Shown piece after piece: positions 30,481-40,589 of a DNA stretch of 64,000 bases (positions are counted from its first letter, which is position 1; the number at the start of each line of letters is the position of its first letter). Position numbers and translations under genes: made by a program. The stretch covers positions 224,001 to 288,000 of the forward strand of contig JBFWLW010000002.1 in the NCBI GenBank assembly GCA_050251945.1, written 5' to 3'. The stretch comes from Deferribacterales bacterium (lineage in GTDB: Bacteria > Chrysiogenota > Deferribacteres > Deferribacterales > Geovibrionaceae). Under the pieces are notes generated by a model, which did not search any database, was not told where the DNA came from, and saw nothing but the letters and a program-made list of their open reading frames with translations.

Positions 30481-30999
30481 CTATTTTGAAAGCTCTTCCC
30501 TGAGAACGGCTATTATCTGATCCGCCGCCTCTCTTGGTGTTATATCGGAAGTTTCGATGATATGATGAGCATTAATATAGAAAGCCGCCCTTTCAAAAAG
30601 CAGACGCTTTATCTCGTCCAGAGGTTCTGCAACCTCCAGCAGCGGACGGCAGGTATCGTCTTTTTTAAGTCTTTCGTGTATTGTTGCGGCATCCGCAATG
30701 AGTGTAAAAACAAGTCCGGAATTTTTCATAAGTTCGAGGTTGCCGCGTGTAACTACAATTCCGCCGCCTGTAGAAACTATCATACCTTTTTCTTCGGTTA
30801 TCTCGCGCAGTACGTCAGTTTCAAATTTGCGGAAATCCTCTTCGGAAGATTCTTCAAATATCTCGCCTATGCTTCTTCCGGTCATCTCTTCGACAAGCTT
30901 GTCTGTGTCGACAAACTTCATTTTAAACTCGTCAGCCAATATCTTTCCAACGGTGCTTTTGCCTGTTCCCATGAAGCCAATCAGGTAAATATTCTTCAT
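30481..30999 (-). CDS. aroK: Shikimate kinase
   Basis: LIGFMGTGKSTVG, DTD, STGGG, RPLL. Confidence 0.96.
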   Translation of the reverse strand: MKNIYLIGFMGTGKSTVGKILADEFKMKFVDTDKLVEEMTGRSIGEIFEESSEEDFRKFETDVLREITEEKGMIVSTGGGIVVTRGNLELMKNSGLVFTLIADAATIHERLKKDDTCRPLLEVAEPLDEIKRLLFERAAFYINAHHIIETSDITPREAADQIIAVLREELSK

Positions 31000-32928
31000 T
31001 TATTGCCCCTTGTCTGTGCTTTGCGTAACTATGGGTTCAACAGCCGAGCGCACACAGGGTTCAGGCAGGTTGTCGTCAGCAAATGCCTCTGTGTATGTCC
31101 GTTTTGACGTGCATGCGTCGCCGGGAAGAACGCCGCTGTAATAATCCACATCTTTTAATACAACACCCTGCGGAATATTAAAATCAATTTTTTGCCAGTC
31201 GTTCCACATTCTTTTCTGAAACGCAGTGACGATTGGTGCGGCAAGTCCGCCGCCGGTTCCCTTGTCGCCCATACTGCGGTGGTCGTCGAAACCCACCCAC
31301 GCAACAATGGCGTAAGGCGGCGCTATGGCGGCTGTCCACGCATCTTTATAATCGTCGGTGGTTCCGGTTTTTGCCGCCGTACCGGAGATAAGCCCTGCCC
31401 CGCGTGCTGTACCTATGCGTGAAACGTCCTGCATTATGCGCAGAACCTGATATGCACTGACGGGCGAAACTATCTGTTCCGGCGAACGTTTCACATAATA
31501 AAGCGGCTCGCCTTTCATGTTCCTGATACTCAGGATAAGCCCGCAGTCTTTCCGCACGCCGTAGTTTCCTATAACGGAATAAACCTGTGCAACGTTCTGC
31601 ACAGTGAGGGGGAAAATCCCCAGAGGCATAGCGAGATAAGGCTTAACGTCATAGTTCATGCCCATGAGCTTCGCAGTGTCCGCCACTTTCTGAAGCCCCG
31701 TCAGCATGGCAAGCCTTATGGTCGCGTTGTTGAGCGAGAACACAAGCCCTTTGCGCAGGGGTATCACGCCCATGTAATAATCTTCAAAGTTCGCAGGGTG
31801 ATACGGTTTTCCGTGATTCTTATATTCATACGGCTTGTCCACAATGAGCTGATTGGGACGAAAACCGTTATTGAACGCTGCAAGATAGACCATTGGTTTG
31901 AATGTGGAGCCTATCTGCCTTTTCATCTGCATGGTGCGGAAGCGGAACCTGTTGTTCGCCGCCAGAGCCTCTATGGAGCCGCTGTCCAGATTGACCACAG
32001 CCATAACGGCATTGGCACCTTCCGGCAAAAAAGACATCCGCTCGGCAATAGCCTCTTTCGCTTTTTCTATGGTATCGAGATTCAGACCGGAAGTTATCAC
32101 AACTTCGCCGGAAGGCTGTACGCCGCGGCGCTCCATCTCTTCCAATATCAGCGAGGTATACAAAGGATAATTATCCGTCAGTTTGTTTATATTATATTCA
32201 ACAGGCACGCGCACGGCATCACTGTAAGACGTTTTTCCCTGCTCTATCATGTATTCGGCAAATTCGCCGGTGCGCCTTAAAAAGCTCTCCATATCCTCAT
32301 ACGGCAGAACGTTCAGCGTAAGAACGCTCATAAGCCAGAGGATCTGCGATTCGTCGGCAAACTCTGAACTTCGGTCAAAATAGAAAAGGGATGCCGATTC
32401 AAGTCCCCAAAGGTCACTCTGCATATATGCCGTTTGCAGGTACGCATTGTAAATGCCGTTTTTCCCGTGCATTTTCAGAAGATCAGCTGCTGTTTTCCAC
32501 AAAACCAGTTTATAATGGGTATCATCGCGGTACATATACGCCGCTTTCTCCGCCTCGTACATAATAAAACAGTCGTCGAGTCCGGCAGCGGGTATCTCAT
32601 AGGTTTTCAGCAATTTAAAATCTTCATCGGTCTCAGGTTTTTCGCATTTAAAATAGTTTTTGCCTGCAAACTCCATCAGGGTATAGATATCCTGCGGCAG
32701 ATTTTCGGGCATATCGTCTGAACGCTCGTAAACGTTCTTATACATCAATATATTGTCTTTGGAATAGATTGATACGGTCTTTGTTTTGCGGTCGTTGAAA
32801 AAGATGGCTCCCATATCGGGAGAATAGAGTTCAAGCCTGACCCGCTGGTTTTTCAGATACCACCATCCGCCGCCTGCACCAGCCGCGGCAAGAAGAAGCA
32901 GTACAAGAAAAACCCTGAGAAATTTCAT
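31000..32928 (-). CDS. Class A-like penicillin-binding protein with an intact transpeptidase and a degenerate transglycosylase region
   Basis: N-terminal TM anchor; STFK (SxxK), SLN (SxN), KTGT; only a remnant GT51 motif (YLQTAY...WGLESASLFYF). Confidence 0.8.
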   Translation of the reverse strand: MKFLRVFLVLLLLAAAGAGGGWWYLKNQRVRLELYSPDMGAIFFNDRKTKTVSIYSKDNILMYKNVYERSDDMPENLPQDIYTLMEFAGKNYFKCEKPETDEDFKLLKTYEIPAAGLDDCFIMYEAEKAAYMYRDDTHYKLVLWKTAADLLKMHGKNGIYNAYLQTAYMQSDLWGLESASLFYFDRSSEFADESQILWLMSVLTLNVLPYEDMESFLRRTGEFAEYMIEQGKTSYSDAVRVPVEYNINKLTDNYPLYTSLILEEMERRGVQPSGEVVITSGLNLDTIEKAKEAIAERMSFLPEGANAVMAVVNLDSGSIEALAANNRFRFRTMQMKRQIGSTFKPMVYLAAFNNGFRPNQLIVDKPYEYKNHGKPYHPANFEDYYMGVIPLRKGLVFSLNNATIRLAMLTGLQKVADTAKLMGMNYDVKPYLAMPLGIFPLTVQNVAQVYSVIGNYGVRKDCGLILSIRNMKGEPLYYVKRSPEQIVSPVSAYQVLRIMQDVSRIGTARGAGLISGTAAKTGTTDDYKDAWTAAIAPPYAIVAWVGFDDHRSMGDKGTGGGLAAPIVTAFQKRMWNDWQKIDFNIPQGVVLKDVDYYSGVLPGDACTSKRTYTEAFADDNLPEPCVRSAVEPIVTQSTDKGQ

Positions 32929-33518
32929 CAGCTTTCCTGTTTCAAATCCAGATATTCTTTAAGGGACTGAACTGCCATCTTCCTGTGGCTTATGGCGTTC
33001 TTCTCGTCGTCGGTAAGCTCCGCCATGTGTCTTCCGTCGGGCAGAAGGAATATCACGTCGTAACCGAAACCGCCTTCGCCTTTGTATTCTCTGGCAACCG
33101 CGCCCTGACACATACCGCCGAAGGTGCGTTCCACAATTCCGTCAACAGCCAGAGCTATCACACAAATGTAGCTTGCACTCCTCGCTTCGTCGGGAACACG
33201 CTCCATAACGGCGAGAAGTTTTCGGTTATTGTCATCATCGGTGGCGTTAACCCCGGCAAACCGTGCGCTGTAAACGCCCGGCGCACCCTCCAGAGCGTCC
33301 ACGGAGATACCTGAATCGTCCGCTATGACATATCCGTCAATAAGCTTTGAAAGTGCCTTAGCCTTTATGGAAGCGTTCTGGAGAAAAGTATTTCCGGTCT
33401 CCTCAACGTCCATGTCTTTATCTATATAGTCGTATGCGCTGACAACCTCAACGCCTTCCAGTATCTGCGCTATCTCTTTGAGTTTATGTTTATTTTTCGT
33501 TGCAACGTAAAGTTTCAT
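32928..33518 (-). CDS. rdgB: Non-canonical purine NTP pyrophosphatase (RdgB/HAM1)
   Basis: ATKNKHK, ADDSG, APGVYSARFAG, GFGYD, KNAISHR. Confidence 0.96.
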   Translation of the reverse strand: MKLYVATKNKHKLKEIAQILEGVEVVSAYDYIDKDMDVEETGNTFLQNASIKAKALSKLIDGYVIADDSGISVDALEGAPGVYSARFAGVNATDDDNNRKLLAVMERVPDEARSASYICVIALAVDGIVERTFGGMCQGAVAREYKGEGGFGYDVIFLLPDGRHMAELTDDEKNAISHRKMAVQSLKEYLDLKQES

Positions 33519-34231
33519 TCCATCCCCAGAAGTCGTTTCTGCGCCGCGAGCAGATTCTTTATCCCCATAATGCCAAGATCGAGCATCCTGTCCAGTCCGT
33601 CGCGTGAAAATGCCGCGCCCTCGGCACAGCCCTGAATCTCTATAATATCCGTTCCGTTCTTCATGACCAAATTGAGGTCAACGTCGGCACTGCTGTCCTC
33701 TGTGTATTGCAGATCGAGCAGATATTCGCCGTCCACGATGCCGATGCTGACGGCGCCGACGAAATCTTTTACAGGATTCTCAGCCAGCACTCCGAGTTTA
33801 ACCATCCTCTCTGCCGCGATGTAAAGCGCACAGAAACCGCCTGTTATGGCGGCAGTTCTTGTTCCGCCGTCCGCCTGTATAACGTCGCAGTCGATTATGA
33901 CGGTGTTCTCACCCAGCTTTTCAAAATCCACTGCGGCACGCAGGCTTCTGCCCGCCAGACGTGATATTTCCATCGTCCGCCCGTCCTCTTTTCCGCGTTT
34001 GGATTCGCGCTGATTGCGGGTGTTGGTCGCTCTGGGCAGCATGGCGTATTCAGCCGTCACCCAGCCCCTCCCCGTGTCTTTCAAAAAGGGCGGCACTCCC
34101 TGTGTGAAGCTGGCATTGCATATTACTTTCGTGTTACCGAATTCGCAAAGCACGGAACCTTCGGGATGCATAACATAATCCCTTGTCAGTATCACGGGTC
34201 TCATTCTGTCGGCTGGTCTGTCTGTTCTCAT
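33515..34231 (-). CDS. rph: Ribonuclease PH
   Basis: GWVTAEYAMLPRAT, EISRLAGRSLRA, DCDVIQADGGTRTA, IEIQG. Confidence 0.97.
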   Translation of the reverse strand: MRTDRPADRMRPVILTRDYVMHPEGSVLCEFGNTKVICNASFTQGVPPFLKDTGRGWVTAEYAMLPRATNTRNQRESKRGKEDGRTMEISRLAGRSLRAAVDFEKLGENTVIIDCDVIQADGGTRTAAITGGFCALYIAAERMVKLGVLAENPVKDFVGAVSIGIVDGEYLLDLQYTEDSSADVDLNLVMKNGTDIIEIQGCAEGAAFSRDGLDRMLDLGIMGIKNLLAAQKRLLGME

Positions 34232-34238
34232 TATATTC

Positions 34239-35006
34239 CTATTCGTTTATGATAAGTGCATTGGGATAAGTCTGGGATTTTTCATCCTTGAACGCCATAG
34301 CGTCGTCGCGGTTTGTAAAACCGATGACCCGCACTCTGAAATATTCGTTTCCGTTGATTATAGCTGGTTCAATGATAGCGTTCCTGATACCGCCAGCCAC
34401 CTCTTCCGCGTTCTGGCGGATGGAGAATGACGCAAGCTGTACTGAGAAGTTGCCGAATTCAGGCTCGTCTGTTTCCTCTTCGCCGTTGAGAAGTGTTATC
34501 TCAACCTTTGTGAGCCCCTTGCCTACGAGATTAAGCTCACTTGCAGCGGCGTATGAGAGGTCGATTATCCTGCCCGGCACATGGGGTCCTCTGTCGTTTA
34601 TACGTACAACGACGGATTTACCCGTTTCGGCGCAGTCCACGCGCACCAGACTGCCCAGAGGGAGCTGTTTATGAGCCGCGGTCTTGTCGAACATGTTATA
34701 TTTTTCGCCGCTGGACGTCTTTTTACCGTGATCGTCATTGCCGTACCATGATGCAAGTCCCTTCTGCTTGAAACTTTCAACCGATTTCATACGGTAATAG
34801 GTTATCCCGCGGACAGTGTAGGGTCTGTCATAAACCGCGCCCAGCATTTCGGCTCCTGACGGAGTGCGGGCATCTGCAATGGCAACCGCCTTGTCTGTTT
34901 CCGTTTTCGGCTGTTCTGCCTGTGCTGTTTCGTCCTCCGCATATGCAAAGGCGCTTGCCAGCAGAACAAGGCTAAGTATAATTGTTTTCCATGTAAATCT
35001 GTTCAA
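34239..35006 (-). CDS. rlpA: Septal ring lytic transglycosylase RlpA (DPBB + SPOR domains)
   Basis: GLASWYG, TAAHKQLP, INDRGP, RIIDLS, C-terminal VQLASF SPOR domain. TTG start at 35006, ahead of a signal peptide, is inferred. Confidence 0.9.
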   Translation of the reverse strand: MNRFTWKTIILSLVLLASAFAYAEDETAQAEQPKTETDKAVAIADARTPSGAEMLGAVYDRPYTVRGITYYRMKSVESFKQKGLASWYGNDDHGKKTSSGEKYNMFDKTAAHKQLPLGSLVRVDCAETGKSVVVRINDRGPHVPGRIIDLSYAAASELNLVGKGLTKVEITLLNGEEETDEPEFGNFSVQLASFSIRQNAEEVAGGIRNAIIEPAIINGNEYFRVRVIGFTNRDDAMAFKDEKSQTYPNALIINE

Positions 35007-36015
35007 GCTGTTGTTTCCCCTCTTCAATGTTTTCATACCTGATAATGAAATCGGGTCTTTCGGGTATTGACCGCATGTAAAGCGGGTCGTAGTACGACTC
35101 AAGCAGAATCTTCGTAAAGCTCTCATAGTCACTTTTATTCAGAAGCTTCGCCAGTTCGCTGACTTTTGCGTTTCCTATGTACTTGTTCAGGCGGAGCAAT
35201 GAACGCAATATCTCATCTTTATACAGTTCAGGCTTGTAATTGTCCACCGTAAAGCTTATGCGCGCGTCCAGAGGCACCTCTGCAACGACGCTCACACCTT
35301 TTTTCATCCTGCTGAAAAGACTTTTTGGAACAGAGACTTTGCCTATCTTCATGCTCTCGCCTTCAACAAGATAGACACCTTCTTTTTCCCTGTATAATTT
35401 ATACCATATTTTTGTTTCAAAATTCTTCTGAGTTACGTTCAGATACTCCGGTTCATCCACTTCGCCGAAGCTGGAGCCCTTATGAGCAGCCGCTTTCTCA
35501 AGATCCAGCACCCTGATGTTTCCGTCAAGCTGTCTGAGAATCGCCGTTTTTCCGCAACCTGTGGGTCCGTATAGATTTATGAAAGAATAATCGGGTGAAA
35601 AGTTCTGAAAAAATGAATTGACGTGATTCCGGAAAGATTTATATCCGCCTTCAATACGGGAGACATCCAGTCCGGCAAGCTTTAAAAGCCCCGCAGTGCT
35701 GGCGCTTCTAAGTCCGCCCCTCCAACAGAATACAACCGTCAGCCGCTTGTCCTTGATATCAAGAAAACTGCGGATAAGCTGAGGAAGTTTCGGACTGACC
35801 AGATCCACACCCAGAAGCCGTGCTTCTTTGGGTCCGGTCTGCACATAGCAGGTTCCCACCTTTGCCCGCTCCTCATTGTTCAGAAGCGGAATATTTGCGG
35901 AATCAGGGATGGTGTCCTCAAGAAATTCGCTCTCGGAGCGCACATCAATGAGGTTGAAATGTTCTATCCCCCGTTCCAGAATGTGACTTAAAGAGAGTTC
36001 GCCGACTACACTCAC
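34972..36015 (-). CDS. mnmH: tRNA 2-selenouridine synthase
   Basis: Rhodanese domain IDVRSESEF...FCWRGGLRS plus P-loop GPTGCGKT, DLEKAAAHKGSSFG, EGESMKIG. Confidence 0.93.
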   Translation of the reverse strand: MSVVGELSLSHILERGIEHFNLIDVRSESEFLEDTIPDSANIPLLNNEERAKVGTCYVQTGPKEARLLGVDLVSPKLPQLIRSFLDIKDKRLTVVFCWRGGLRSASTAGLLKLAGLDVSRIEGGYKSFRNHVNSFFQNFSPDYSFINLYGPTGCGKTAILRQLDGNIRVLDLEKAAAHKGSSFGEVDEPEYLNVTQKNFETKIWYKLYREKEGVYLVEGESMKIGKVSVPKSLFSRMKKGVSVVAEVPLDARISFTVDNYKPELYKDEILRSLLRLNKYIGNAKVSELAKLLNKSDYESFTKILLESYYDPLYMRSIPERPDFIIRYENIEEGKQQLEQIYMENNYT

Positions 36016-36899
36016 TTGAACTTTAAGAGTGTCTCTATGTAATGCTTAAGCAGTTTTTTGTTTGTTCTGTTTTTGCTGTAAACAACATAGACCTCTTTCT
36101 CCACAACAAGGTCGGTGACCGGAATAGCTTTGATACAGCCGTCACATTCGTCGGTCAGTGCCATTTCTGACATAAACGCTATACCAAGCTCTTTTTTGAC
36201 GGCATTTTTTATTGAGAAAGTTGAGCTTAAAACAGCTACTATGTTAAGGCTTTCAAAGTCGTAGCCCTTCTGTTTGAATCCGTGTTCCACAGAGGCGCGC
36301 GTACCAGAGCCTATTTCGCGGGTGATGAATTCCTCTCCCAGTATCTCTTCTATGAAAACGCTTCCTCTGGTATAAAATTTATGGTTCTTGTGTACGATAA
36401 GAACTATCTTATCTTTTGTAAGAACTTTGTATTCAAGGTCTTTTTTAGGTATCTTCCTTGCGACCACGGCAAGATCGAGTATACCGTCGGAAAGTCTCTG
36501 GATTATTGTCTGGGTGCCTGCGTTGTCTATATTGAAGAATGTCTTAGGGTAGTCCTCTTTGAACTTTTTGATAACTTCCGGAAGTATGAATTCGGCGGCA
36601 ACGGTGCTGTAGCCGATGTGGAGGTTCCCGCTCACTTCGTTCAGAAATTCTTTGACGGCTTCCTGTGATCTTTCGCGAAGATCAAGTATATCAACGGCAT
36701 AGGGGAAAAAAATCTGCCCCACCTCTGTGAGAACGACCTCTTTTGAAAGTCTGTCGAAAAGTTTAACGCCGAGCTGTTCTTCAAGAGTGCTGATGTGCGT
36801 GGATATGGTGGGCTGGCTCAAAAGAAGTTTTTCGGCAGCGCGTGAAAACGACTTATATTTTGCGACAAAAACGAATGCTTCAATCTGTTTAAAATCCAT
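36012..36899 (-). CDS. LysR-family regulator (CysL/selenium-metabolism-associated type)
   Basis: SFSRAAEKLLLSQPTISTHISTLE helix-turn-helix; REIGSGTR; overlaps the mnmH start. Confidence 0.88.
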   Translation of the reverse strand: MDFKQIEAFVFVAKYKSFSRAAEKLLLSQPTISTHISTLEEQLGVKLFDRLSKEVVLTEVGQIFFPYAVDILDLRERSQEAVKEFLNEVSGNLHIGYSTVAAEFILPEVIKKFKEDYPKTFFNIDNAGTQTIIQRLSDGILDLAVVARKIPKKDLEYKVLTKDKIVLIVHKNHKFYTRGSVFIEEILGEEFITREIGSGTRASVEHGFKQKGYDFESLNIVAVLSSTFSIKNAVKKELGIAFMSEMALTDECDGCIKAIPVTDLVVEKEVYVVYSKNRTNKKLLKHYIETLLKFK

Positions 36900-36990
36900 A
36901 TCCTTCTCCCTCTCTTTTCAATATAGGTTGAAAATACCATAAACATAGAAAAAATCAATATCGAAAAGTTTATATGACCATAACAGCGCA

Positions 36991-38631
36991 CTATTTACCG
37001 ATTATACACCCGCCTTCCGCTTTGTACACGGCAATAAACGGGTAGTTACGATATATTCGCTTAAAACATCCTATATCGGAGCTGCCAATAATAAGCGTTT
37101 TTCCAAAAATTGAATTTTCTGTTTTATTGTTGAAAACCGAAAAATAAGCTCCATTTCTATGTAATTTTAGTCCTGAATCGGAATTATGTTCAATATTCGT
37201 AAAATTTAATCCGTCCGATGAAAAATATCCGTGACTGCCGCCTTTAAAAGGCACTCCTTCTGTTAACACCAGCCAGACATCTTTTCCCCCGCCTATGGTT
37301 TTAAGCAATGTCCTGTCAGGCTGCGCCGAAGCCAGAAGCTTCTGCGACATGTACCATCCCTCTTTGAACTGCGAGGTTCCGTCCGCCGCCGCACGCACCC
37401 CTTTAAGATATTCCAGAATAAACCCGTTATCCCACTGGGTAACAACGTTTGCGCCCTTCGGGATGTCAAGTTTAGCGAAATCTTCAAACACCTCTTTTTC
37501 AACATACGGAGCAGGAACAAAATATACCGCAGAAACAGCAAAGGCAAAAAAGAACGCAGAAGACATTGAAAGCGCTTCGCCGAACCGCCCTGCGCGCCTG
37601 AATACATATGAAAAAAGCACACCGAAACCGATGCCGGCAAAAACGCCGAGATACATTCCGAAGCGCTGACCTTTAAAGAACATCAGACACCCAAGCAAAA
37701 ACAGCGGAGCAAGCAGGTAGATTCTGCGAAATGTCACCGCAAAAAGAACCAGTCCCGCCAGTGCGGAATAACCGTCAAGCGTGATCAGCCTCATGTTGTC
37801 CCAGAAGCTTTTGACTCCAAGTTCCGCAACGTCTGCGGGATAGAACCTTCCGGCATCTGTCATGAAACCAATCAGACCTTTGAAACCCAGAGCAAGCTGA
37901 AAAGGTGAACAGAAAATAATAAACACAGCAACAGAATACAAGACCATTTTCTTATTTTTGCACACAATGAGCAGATGCAGACTGAGCATAACCAGCCAGA
38001 CGACAGCGAATCCCGCATGGGCGTACCATCTGTAGTGAAGCCAGCAGAAAATCCCTGCCAGAGCCGAATACAGGAGAGTTTTACCGCGCCCTGCAAGATA
38101 GATGAACAATATAACCGTCAGAGGAAAAAACAGATTAAGCATATCGGTATCAGCCTGAAACGCAGTTGTCCGCCCCAGATAAGCCATGCAAAGCCCGCCT
38201 GTGACAGCACCGCCTATCGCTGCCGACGGCATACCGTTCAGGTACAGAAATATCCCCAGAGGAAAAACGAACAGACCGGAAAGAAATACAGTCAGCAGGC
38301 TGGATGCAGTCTCCAAATCCAGCCCCGCAGCGGAGGCTGTCTTTTCAGTAAGCAGGCTTATTAAAGGAGTGAAAGGAAACGGGGTGCCTGTTGAAAGCGG
38401 GTCTTTGCCGCTGACAAAAGAACCGTCTGCGATCTCCTTCGCATAGCGAAGCCACCTGTAGCCGTCGTTTGAAACAAGGATGACGTGTCCGGCGGCGCGG
38501 TGATATGCACTGTCCAGAATGTCCGTGTGCTGGCGGTATCTTACGGCAGTATTTGCCAGATATGCCATAACCAGCAGAAGGGCAAAAAAAAGGACACCGA
38601 TTTTGCGGTGTCCTCTCTTATATTCAGACAT
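36991..38631 (-). CDS. STT3/PglB-like oligosaccharyltransferase (GT-C), compact and divergent
   Basis: SNDGYRWL, YLGRT...DTDML, DVAE, GQRF, QWDNG, ADGTSQ motifs in PglB order; many hydrophobic segments. Confidence 0.75.
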   Translation of the reverse strand: MSEYKRGHRKIGVLFFALLLVMAYLANTAVRYRQHTDILDSAYHRAAGHVILVSNDGYRWLRYAKEIADGSFVSGKDPLSTGTPFPFTPLISLLTEKTASAAGLDLETASSLLTVFLSGLFVFPLGIFLYLNGMPSAAIGGAVTGGLCMAYLGRTTAFQADTDMLNLFFPLTVILFIYLAGRGKTLLYSALAGIFCWLHYRWYAHAGFAVVWLVMLSLHLLIVCKNKKMVLYSVAVFIIFCSPFQLALGFKGLIGFMTDAGRFYPADVAELGVKSFWDNMRLITLDGYSALAGLVLFAVTFRRIYLLAPLFLLGCLMFFKGQRFGMYLGVFAGIGFGVLFSYVFRRAGRFGEALSMSSAFFFAFAVSAVYFVPAPYVEKEVFEDFAKLDIPKGANVVTQWDNGFILEYLKGVRAAADGTSQFKEGWYMSQKLLASAQPDRTLLKTIGGGKDVWLVLTEGVPFKGGSHGYFSSDGLNFTNIEHNSDSGLKLHRNGAYFSVFNNKTENSIFGKTLIIGSSDIGCFKRIYRNYPFIAVYKAEGGCIIGK

Positions 38632-40123
38632 TTTCTGAGTAATGTACTTTTATGAATTTGTTCAAAAGCCTTATGCCGAAACCTGTGGCATACTTGCCGA
38701 ATATCGGGTGATCCTCCTCAATGTATGAGGGACCCGCGATATCGAGGTGTATCCATGGCCAGTTGTCCACGAACTCCTGCAAAAACAGTCCGGCAATGAC
38801 AGAACCCGCCTCGCCTTTCTGTTTCGCGATGTTGCGCAGGTCTGCGATATCGCTTTTGACACGTTTCTGGTATGACTCAAGCAGCGGCAGTTCCCAGATA
38901 TCCTCCGCAACGTCGTATGAAATATCCGTAATGTTTTTCGCGAGGAACTTTCTGTTTGAGAAAAGCCCCGCACAGTGTTTGCCAAGAGCAACAATACAGG
39001 CTCCCGTGAGCGTCGCCACGTCTATTATAACTTCAGGGTCGGACTTGGTAGCAGTATAAAGCGCATCGGCAAGGATAAGTCTGCCTTCGGCATCTGTGTT
39101 GAGTATCTCAACAGTCTTGCCCATGGCGCTGGTGAGTATGTCGCCCGGTTTATAAGCACTCATCCCGATGATATTCTCAACCATGGGAATGTATGTTTTG
39201 ATGTTGACCTTAAGCCCTGTTTCCGCGGCAGTTTTGGTGACGGCAAAAACAGTTGCCGCACCTGCCATGTCGGTCTTCATATCCTCGATGGAACCGGTGG
39301 GTTTCAGGTTGCTTCCGCCGGAATCAAACGTTACGCCCTTGCCGACAAGAGCAACGTGCTTCTCGCTCCCGGGGTTTCCGTTGTATTCCATCATGACCAT
39401 TCTGGGAGGGTAACAGCTCCCTTTGCCTACGGCGTAGACCATAGGGAAACGCTCTTTAAGCTCGTCCATATCGTCGATGACAGTGACTTTAAGCCCTTCA
39501 GCCGCACACTCTTTTATCCTGTCCGCAAATATCTCAGGAGTGAGGTCTGCGGGCGGAGTGTTCACCAGATCCTTAGCCAGATATATATTGTCGAACTGAA
39601 CGTTCAGGTTTGCGGCGTTATCATCCATAGCGCGTTTAAGTTTCGCATAGGACGTAATGACCTCAACCTCATCTAACTGCCAGTTCTTTTCCTGTTTTGT
39701 TTTATAAGCTTCATAGCTGTACTGACCGAAGAAGAATCCGTCCAGAAAGGCAGCGGAATACTGCGGGTCTTTTTTGTCCATATAAACGTCTTCAAAAGCT
39801 ATCATGGAGAACGAAGATATCCTGTCCTTTTTCAGCAGCTTCACAAACGAAGCGCCAAGCTCCATATAATATCTGAGATCCTGCGGGTCTTTGGAAATAT
39901 TCACCAGATATATCTTTTTGAGTTTTCTGCCTATCTCCACGTAAAAGGCGGAGAACTCTTTCTCATCATATGAGAAATAGTCCGAACCTATCATCTCGTT
40001 GATCGCGTCTTCTATTTTCTTTCCGGTAAGGGATTTGAGCGGGCGCATGTTACGGTAAACGGGAATGAGGATCGCGTCTTTTTTAGAATTGAGCGCTGTT
40101 TTCTTTCTGCACGATATTTTCAT
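38624..40123 (-). CDS. pepA: Leucyl aminopeptidase (M17)
   Basis: VGKGVTFDSGG, MKTDMAGAA, NTDAEGRLILAD, ATLTGA, HLDIAG. Confidence 0.95.
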   Translation of the reverse strand: MKISCRKKTALNSKKDAILIPVYRNMRPLKSLTGKKIEDAINEMIGSDYFSYDEKEFSAFYVEIGRKLKKIYLVNISKDPQDLRYYMELGASFVKLLKKDRISSFSMIAFEDVYMDKKDPQYSAAFLDGFFFGQYSYEAYKTKQEKNWQLDEVEVITSYAKLKRAMDDNAANLNVQFDNIYLAKDLVNTPPADLTPEIFADRIKECAAEGLKVTVIDDMDELKERFPMVYAVGKGSCYPPRMVMMEYNGNPGSEKHVALVGKGVTFDSGGSNLKPTGSIEDMKTDMAGAATVFAVTKTAAETGLKVNIKTYIPMVENIIGMSAYKPGDILTSAMGKTVEILNTDAEGRLILADALYTATKSDPEVIIDVATLTGACIVALGKHCAGLFSNRKFLAKNITDISYDVAEDIWELPLLESYQKRVKSDIADLRNIAKQKGEAGSVIAGLFLQEFVDNWPWIHLDIAGPSYIEEDHPIFGKYATGFGIRLLNKFIKVHYSENV

Positions 40124-40346
40124 GACAACTAACCTCTGGAACCTTTTTATATGTACACATATTAAGCAGCTTTTTGCGCATAAATTCAAGAGTAAAACAG
40201 CCAATATGAGCATTTTTATCCGTTATTTTCAGCCGTTTTCGTAAGGTTTTCTCCCAATTTCATTCGTAAAGCCTCTTTCAGAGACCATTTCCGTATTGCC
40301 CATACTGCATGACAAAATAAATATTAAAATAAATTAAAATTCATCA

Positions 40347-40375
40347 TTGACACATTATAGTAAAACTGGTAATCT
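40347..40375 (+). promoter_or_regulatory. Sigma70-type promoter of tRNA-fMet
   Basis: TTGACA-17 bp-TAATCT with an AT-rich upstream region, 13 bp before the tRNA. Confidence 0.8.
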
Positions 40376-40388
40376 TCGTTTCCCTTGA

Positions 40389-40465
<77 letters not shown>

Positions 40466-40474
40466 AAAAACAAT

Positions 40475-40496
40475 GCCCACCTTTGGTGGGCTTTTT
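40475..40496 (+). terminator. Intrinsic terminator after the tRNA
   Basis: gcccacc-ttt-ggtgggc followed by ttttt. Confidence 0.85.
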
Positions 40497-40589
40497 GTTT
40501 TGAAAATATGAGACTGCTGCAACGCTGTCTCATTATGTTTAATGTATCTGCCAATTTAATTTTCGCGGCATTTTTCTGTGGGGTTGGTT

